From a virus (lineage: Duplodnaviria > Caudoviricetes): a stretch of 63,512 nt of DNA. Shown here one piece after another: positions 58,004 through 63,512 of the stretch; within the stretch, counting starts at the first letter, position 1, and the number at the start of each line of letters is the position of its first letter. The notes under the pieces were generated by a model, which was given only the letters and a program-made list of their open reading frames with translations, was not told the DNA's origin and searched no databases. The position numbers were made by a program, and so were the translations under genes. Location: the IMG/VR virus record IMGVR_UViG_3300020045_009345, positions 1 to 63,512 of that record, one strand, 5' to 3'.

Positions 58004-58125
58004 AAATACTCTTAAATAGGGTGTAAATATTTTTTCCGTATATAGTCTTTTCGGGCCTATTAGCAATATACCTTATGGTCCTATATTTTCGTTCGACCAC
58101 AGTCCACCCGTCACGCTCTAATCGT

Positions 58126-59745
58126 TCAATCTTTTGCCGGTTGTTCATATCTATATGAGTTTAATAGGTTTATCTGATCAGGAGTAGCCTCATAAATCGC
58201 TAAGATTTCAGATCTTAATAATCCGGAGTTATCTTCTGGTGAGAATATAGAAAAAGAACATCCGTCGCTGCATAAGCAAGATGTGATAACTACTTCTACC
58301 TGATTTGTTTTAGGGATCACAGAATAAAACTCACATATCCAATTCCAGGCGCAGTTAGAGCTAACAAATAGATATATTTTGCCAGACTCTATTTTACTAA
58401 AACTTGTCAGAATGCCTCTTTGTTTGAATTTTTCATCAAAACTTTTATTATTTACATTCTTTTCATATTCATCTAAATATTCGTTTATTTGTTTCCTATT
58501 CCACGTACAAAACCTGAAGTACTGGCCTTTACATTTCCAACCGTAATCACAGCCTTTAAATGACCTAAAATATAGTCTAAACTTTCTGTTTTTCATAACG
58601 CCTCAAGTATTAATTGTTTCATTTCTTCTTCGTTCGTTCCTTCTGGAGCTTCGGCAAGACTGTAATTTTCGGTCGTGGCGTATATTCTACCTAACTTGTG
58701 AACGAACTTTACAATCGTTCTATTTATCTTCTGTTCCCGAACTACTTCACCAGTTAACTGCACCCCATGCAAGGAGTAGAATGTTGTTGTTTTCATAATA
58801 ATTTCGATTTTGCCATTTGAGTATTAAACATATTCGTCTCTTCCACCTTATCCACGGCATGATTAAGTGATTCTTTTAAATCTTTCTTTTTCGAATACAC
58901 CACAGATAATATTTCCTGTCCGAGCCCCCGAGTTACTTCAATTTGTTTTTTAAGTTCTATTTTATTGTATTCAACATATTGATTTGTCAACTCGATAAAA
59001 TTTATTTTATCTTCAATAAGCAAATCCAAAAATAATGCACACACAAGCTCGGAAGGTAAATTGTTTATATTTTCTTTTACGGTTAAATACGATTCTATTT
59101 GTGTCATGATTTGTATCTAATTTTTAAGTTTAACTTATTATATCCTTGTCTTATCATATCGGACTTTAATTTTTGCAGCAAAGCAAATGGAGCGTCGTTT
59201 TTGATTATTATTTCACGCGAGCCTTCAGTAAACACTAATGATCCGTTCTTATTCATCCGGTATGGATTTTATAGCGTCTATAATTTTTTGACAACCCTCT
59301 GAGTCTCTATTTTTAGCCCATTTACTATATAGATTACCATCATCAAGACAGCATATGCCGGCTACCTTTCCAAATTCACACCTTCTGCAATTTTTATAAT
59401 TTTTATATCGTTCGCAGAATCCGCAATGAGCCCGCAACTCACCTATTTCGGTATAGTCTTTTATGCCTATTTTCCTATCCTCCCATTTAATTAAGGACAG
59501 TCGTTTTGCTTCCTTAAGGCTTAATTGTTTTTCTTTCATTTACTAAATAATTTAGGCACTATATTTGGATCTATTTCGTTATTTTTGGCGAATTCCGGGC
59601 ATTCGATTATTATTCGCTCAATGGTTTCAACCCTAGGTAGGCCTTGGAGTATTCTGACTTCATAACCATTGCAGCCTACATATGATCTAGCTATTATCTT
59701 TTTTCCGCATGTAACCGCATATTTGCCATCTGTTGTATATTTCAT
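58126..59745 (-). CDS. Five hypothetical genes (58126-58596, 58593-58796, 58793-59107, 59249-59539, 59536-59745)
   Basis: Co-oriented ORFs with ATGA overlaps; 59249-59539 is Cys-rich. Confidence 0.55.
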
Positions 59746-59824
59746 AACACTATAATGTAAATTATTATTCCTAAATCTGCAAAAATTCCGAGAGTTGATA
59801 TTACTTGGATAATGTTTTCTGTTT

Positions 59825-60028
59825 TCATACCTCTTGAACTTTTAAAACAATGTCTAAATACTTTTCTATCTCTTTCATGCGTTTTTCCGTTTCAAATGCG
59901 AACATACGTATTTTACCGGAAATTTTGATATTTATGTACCATTTACCCGAATGTACACTTTTGCCTTTGATTTCAAATTCACCTATTGAGGCAATTTTGA
60001 TTCGTGTTTCGTTTATTTTTATAAACAT
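59825..60028 (-). CDS. Hypothetical protein (MFIKINETRIK...), currently fused in frame to the upstream gene
   Basis: Internal ATG at 60028 with AT-rich leader; composition changes at this point. Confidence 0.45.
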   Translation of the reverse strand: MFIKINETRIKIASIGEFEIKGKSVHSGKWYINIKISGKIRMFAFETEKRMKEIEKYLDIVLKVQEV

Positions 60029-60037
60029 AATATTAAT

Positions 60038-60469
60038 TATTTGAAAAAAATATATTAACTCTAATTTAATTCTATCCGAATAAGTGCTTTCATCATCATC
60101 AGCAGCATAAGCAGCAGCATAAGCATCATAAGCACGTTTTTCTTTTAGATCATCTAATGATATTTTATCTTCTTTGTATAACTGGATAGCATCCAAACAT
60201 TCTTTAATCCGATAGTCATCTGGATATTTATTCTCATAAATAGGCAAAACGATATAAGCGAGTATAACACATAATTCTTTCTTCTCTTTCAGAGACAACT
60301 CGCAAGAATTGTACACGAACCATCTTTTGTCTTTGATATTTACTGATTCTACCGATAAAATTTATTTGATAGTAATTTCATTTTGATTTGGGAATATTTC
60401 CTCGATCCTTTCACGGGAGTAACATCCACGTCCGTTCAATAATTCTAATTTGCTAAATAGTTTTTTCAT
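60038..60469 (-). pseudogene. Imm5-like/Ala-rich repeat gene with a premature TAA and a lost stop
   Basis: MKKLFSK..GCY..EITIK*ILSV..DKRWFV..VLPIYENKYPDD.R; TAA at 60364-60362. Confidence 0.55.
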
Positions 60470-61002
60470 TTTAATTCAGGTTTTAATTCGTTTAATTCAC
60501 TAAGCCAATCTTTAATCATTATTAGCGCGTAATCAGTATTTCTGTCTTCAATCATTTGTTTCATTTCTAAAAGAAATTGAATATCGCCTTCAATTTCGCC
60601 TAATTCGTTCCTGTCTTTTTTTTCATCACTTTTATTTTTAATTGTTATTAATCTGTTCCCGCGTAATAAACCAATATTGCACGGGTATTCGTCTATCCGA
60701 AAGTGTCATTGTACTTAAAAATATATCGTTTATTGCATTATAAATATATTGCTCAAAGTACTGGTTATCTAATGCTTGTCATAAGCTTATTGTTTAAATT
60801 ATTTTACGGAGCTATTGCCATTGGTATTTAACTTTCCTTAAAATTCGAAGCAATTCGAATTCTGTCGTGTTTTCACTCGTTTCGATTCCGAAACTTTTAG
60901 CTGTTTCGCGTTGTAGTTCTGTTGATTTGTTTGTTATTTATTCGCTACCTTGGTTATTTCAGTATTAATATATTTAATTTGTAACTTTTAAAATAAAACA
61001 TT

Positions 61003-61618
61003 ATGAAAACATTAAGAGAATACCCCAAAAAAACTTTTTTGGGAATTTCAGAAGGCGAGAAAATATACTTAACCGCACCATCTTGGGACTGCGGCTGGTA
61101 TTGGAGATTCGGCTATTTAGGAAATGTCAATTGGCCATTATCACGTTGACGGATTGTGCCGTGAAACAAATCTATACGACGGATTTAAAAAACATTTTGG
61201 AAACTCTTTTATCATTAAAGAGTCGGATATTTGGGTATTTGCAGAATTATTCAGCACGTTTTATGTACTAAGGGAAACGGCCGAGATTTTGAGCCGTGGT
61301 GGTAGTCACCTAACTTCGAACCCATGCAGCGAAATTATAATAAATAAGACTGAGGTGGAACGAATAAACAACACCGTCTTACCTGCTATTTTTGATGAAA
61401 TTTACAAGGTAATTGAAAGAAATATAGATAATAAGTCAAATTTCGACAAGTTAGTGAAGATTAATCTAAAAGGAGATACTTCTAAGGTCATTTCTTTTAT
61501 GAAGGAAAAAGGTATAAAAACAGATGATTTAAAGAGCATTGAAGGGCTTGATAAATATGATTTTGAAAGAATACATTCAGCCTATTGGAAAGATTTTCAT
61601 TCAAATAAAAATAAATGA
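61003..61618 (+). pseudogene. Frameshifted conserved phage gene
   Basis: MKTLREYP..IYLTAPSWDCGWYWRFGYLGNVN joins HYHVDGL.. of ORF 61124-61618 if one G at 61133-61134 is removed (giving NCHYH). Confidence 0.6.
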
Positions 61619-62158
61619 TGAAACTATCAAAACAAGACTTTTCGTTTTTCCTATTAGATAGCGGAATATACAGAGTAATGTTTTTCGCCTTGGTATCAAA
61701 TAGGTGCTACCATTGTAATACGACCGATTACGAGTTAATAAATTTGACTTTAAACACTAATAATCCAAAACAAAAAGATTTGATTAAACTTAAAAAATTA
61801 TGCAAACAAAATACCAACAGTCAAAAGCGGAATTAAGGGAAGTAGCCAGGTCTGCAAAAATATATTTCGGAAACGATAAACCAGGAATCAATATGACCAT
61901 AAACGATGAATGTGATTATATTTGCAAACATTCAATACTATCTGAATACGAAAAGAACTTATTATGCAACTATGCATGCACCTTGCATGTTTAAAATTAA
62001 AAACCATGAAAGAACTTGAAAACATGAGTATTGAGCAGCTATATGACTTAGCTCTCACCTCAACGAAACACCGCGTGCACGAATCTGGTCGAAATGATCG
62101 CGCATATCTCGAATCATTTATTTATTTTAACGTATTACTAAAATGTATAATATTATGA
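61615..62158 (+). CDS. Three small hypothetical genes (61615-61836, 61800-61994, ~62006-62158)
   Basis: Co-oriented short ORFs. Confidence 0.5.
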
Positions 62159-62293
62159 TCATAGCAGGAATAACAATTTACGCAATACTTTTAGCAACAA
62201 TAGGTCTCTTTATATACGGGGCCGGCAAAAACAGAAACATTTAATAAAATTACACAAGACATTTAACCGGCCACAAGCCACAAAACTAACGAC

Positions 62294-63401
62294 ATGGAAA
62301 CCGCAACACAGGACCACCAGCTAATTATCGAAGCCCTGGAGTACAGAAAACAGCAGCTTCAGGATGCACCCGACAACCCACCATTCAGGGATATACGGGT
62401 AAAGGAAATTGAACGTTTAACCGTGGTTATTGAACGCCAAAAGCGGGAACAGAAACTTATCGAACAGGTACACCAGGTAGCAATCCGATTAATGCAAATG
62501 ACAAAGATATGACAACCTTTATAAGCAAGAGAACGTGGTTTACCATAGGTGTATTGGCAGGTTTATTACTTGCCGTAGCATTACAACCACGCCGATACTA
62601 CGGGTATGACTACCAGATTGACATCTTTGATACCGGAGATGGTAAAGTAAAGTTATACGACCTTCGGGACGATATATTGTATAAGGTCCCGTTTGATTCA
62701 CTGGAAAAAACAATCGACAAACTAAACTTATAACATGATCCACCCCGCAATAGATCCGCAAATATTGGCCGTTCATTCATTGGATAAGTTTAACCGGCCA
62801 CGCACTCAGGAAAATATTGATATCCTGGTGAACAAACTTAAATACCACTGCATGACCGATGCAAGGTTTAAGCGCAAATTAAACGGTAATCCCGAAACAG
62901 CCAGGGACCTGATTGTGGTATTTTTTGACAATTGGGTACAGGGAGGCATGATCGAAAACCCAATGCCCCACCAACAGGGCATGGAAGGATTGATCCAGGA
63001 AGTGCGCGCCATATTTGAGCGCGATCCTGATCAGTTTGAATTTGCCGTCAGTCCCTACATAGCAACTCCCCATATACGGGTAACGCTGTTACACCATTTA
63101 ACCGGTGATAAGGTAATGCCAAAACAGGCAACACCGTATTTTACCACGCAGGTATTAAGAAGTAAATTTAACCAGTTAACGCTATTTTAAGATGACCTAC
63201 CACTACCCGAAATACAAGATGAAGGAAATAGCCGCCCGGTTAGCGCAACACCGCATTGTCCAGGTTATTGACCTGCTTCAAAGTATAGCCAAAGATGAAA
63301 CGGGGATGAACCCCATTGACATGACCCAGATAAAATGGGAAAAGCTGTGCCGTCAGCGGATGAACCAACTGCTGCTAAAAAACATATCTGAAAACTTATG
63401 A
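62294..63401 (+). CDS. Four hypothetical genes of higher GC (62294-62512, 62509-62733, 62735-63190, 63192-63401)
   Basis: Tightly packed ORFs; 62509 has an N-terminal TM helix. Confidence 0.6.
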
Positions 63402-63512
63402 AAAAAAAACAGAAGTTTTAGAAATCACGATAAAAAAGATATTTGAAACATCTGCCGAAAGTAGAACATTCGATCGTAGTATGCATACCCAAAAATTTGA
63501 GGAATATTTAAC

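Noticed and set aside
1064-63073. Antisense ORFs in the track (e.g. 1064-1426, 7804-8205, 10671-11072, 29194-29646, 36507-36815, 39400-39702, 56953-57264)
   Set aside because: They are shadows of well-supported genes on the opposite strand, with no motifs.
1-63512. Genome-wide TAG or TGA recoding as in some crAss-like phages
   Set aside because: Long genes (TMP, hub, terL) are intact in the standard code, and TAG/TGA end many tightly packed genes. Only one isolated in-frame TAG was seen.

Overview
Most or all of a tailed dsDNA phage genome of siphovirus type (2002-aa tape measure, no sheath). The host is very probably Bacteroidota, because TAnnTTTG/TTTG promoters precede most operons and no Shine-Dalgarno motifs are evident. 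Layout: 0.3-13.3 kb (+) early/replication genes (D5/P4-type helicase, primase-like, VRR-NUC, C5 methylase, SSB, two glycosyltransferases, a methyltransferase). 13.3-24.3 kb (-) SF2 helicase, Dam-like methylase, metallophosphoesterase, nucleotidyltransferase, YqaJ recombination module. 24.4-28.6 kb (+) portal, two-domain glycosyltransferase, kinase-like gene, an atypical tRNA(CAT) and ~500 nt of structured non-coding sequence. 28.6-30.3 kb (-) an inverted large terminase. 30.4-53.7 kb (+) head, tail and lysis. 54-61 kb (-) small accessory genes with a serine recombinase. 61-63.5 kb (+) a segment that looks foreign. Best leads: (1) a candidate large pseudoknotted ncRNA next to the tRNA; (2) two free-standing partial copies of the replicative helicase (an ATPase domain lacking the arginine finger, and a winged-helix domain behind a kissing-loop leader); (3) a glycosylation/kinase set partly placed in the portal operon; (4) a symmetric divergent promoter, an unannotated Com-like zinc finger and a long hairpin in front of the capsid operon. 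All family assignments come from motif recognition by eye; no searches were run.
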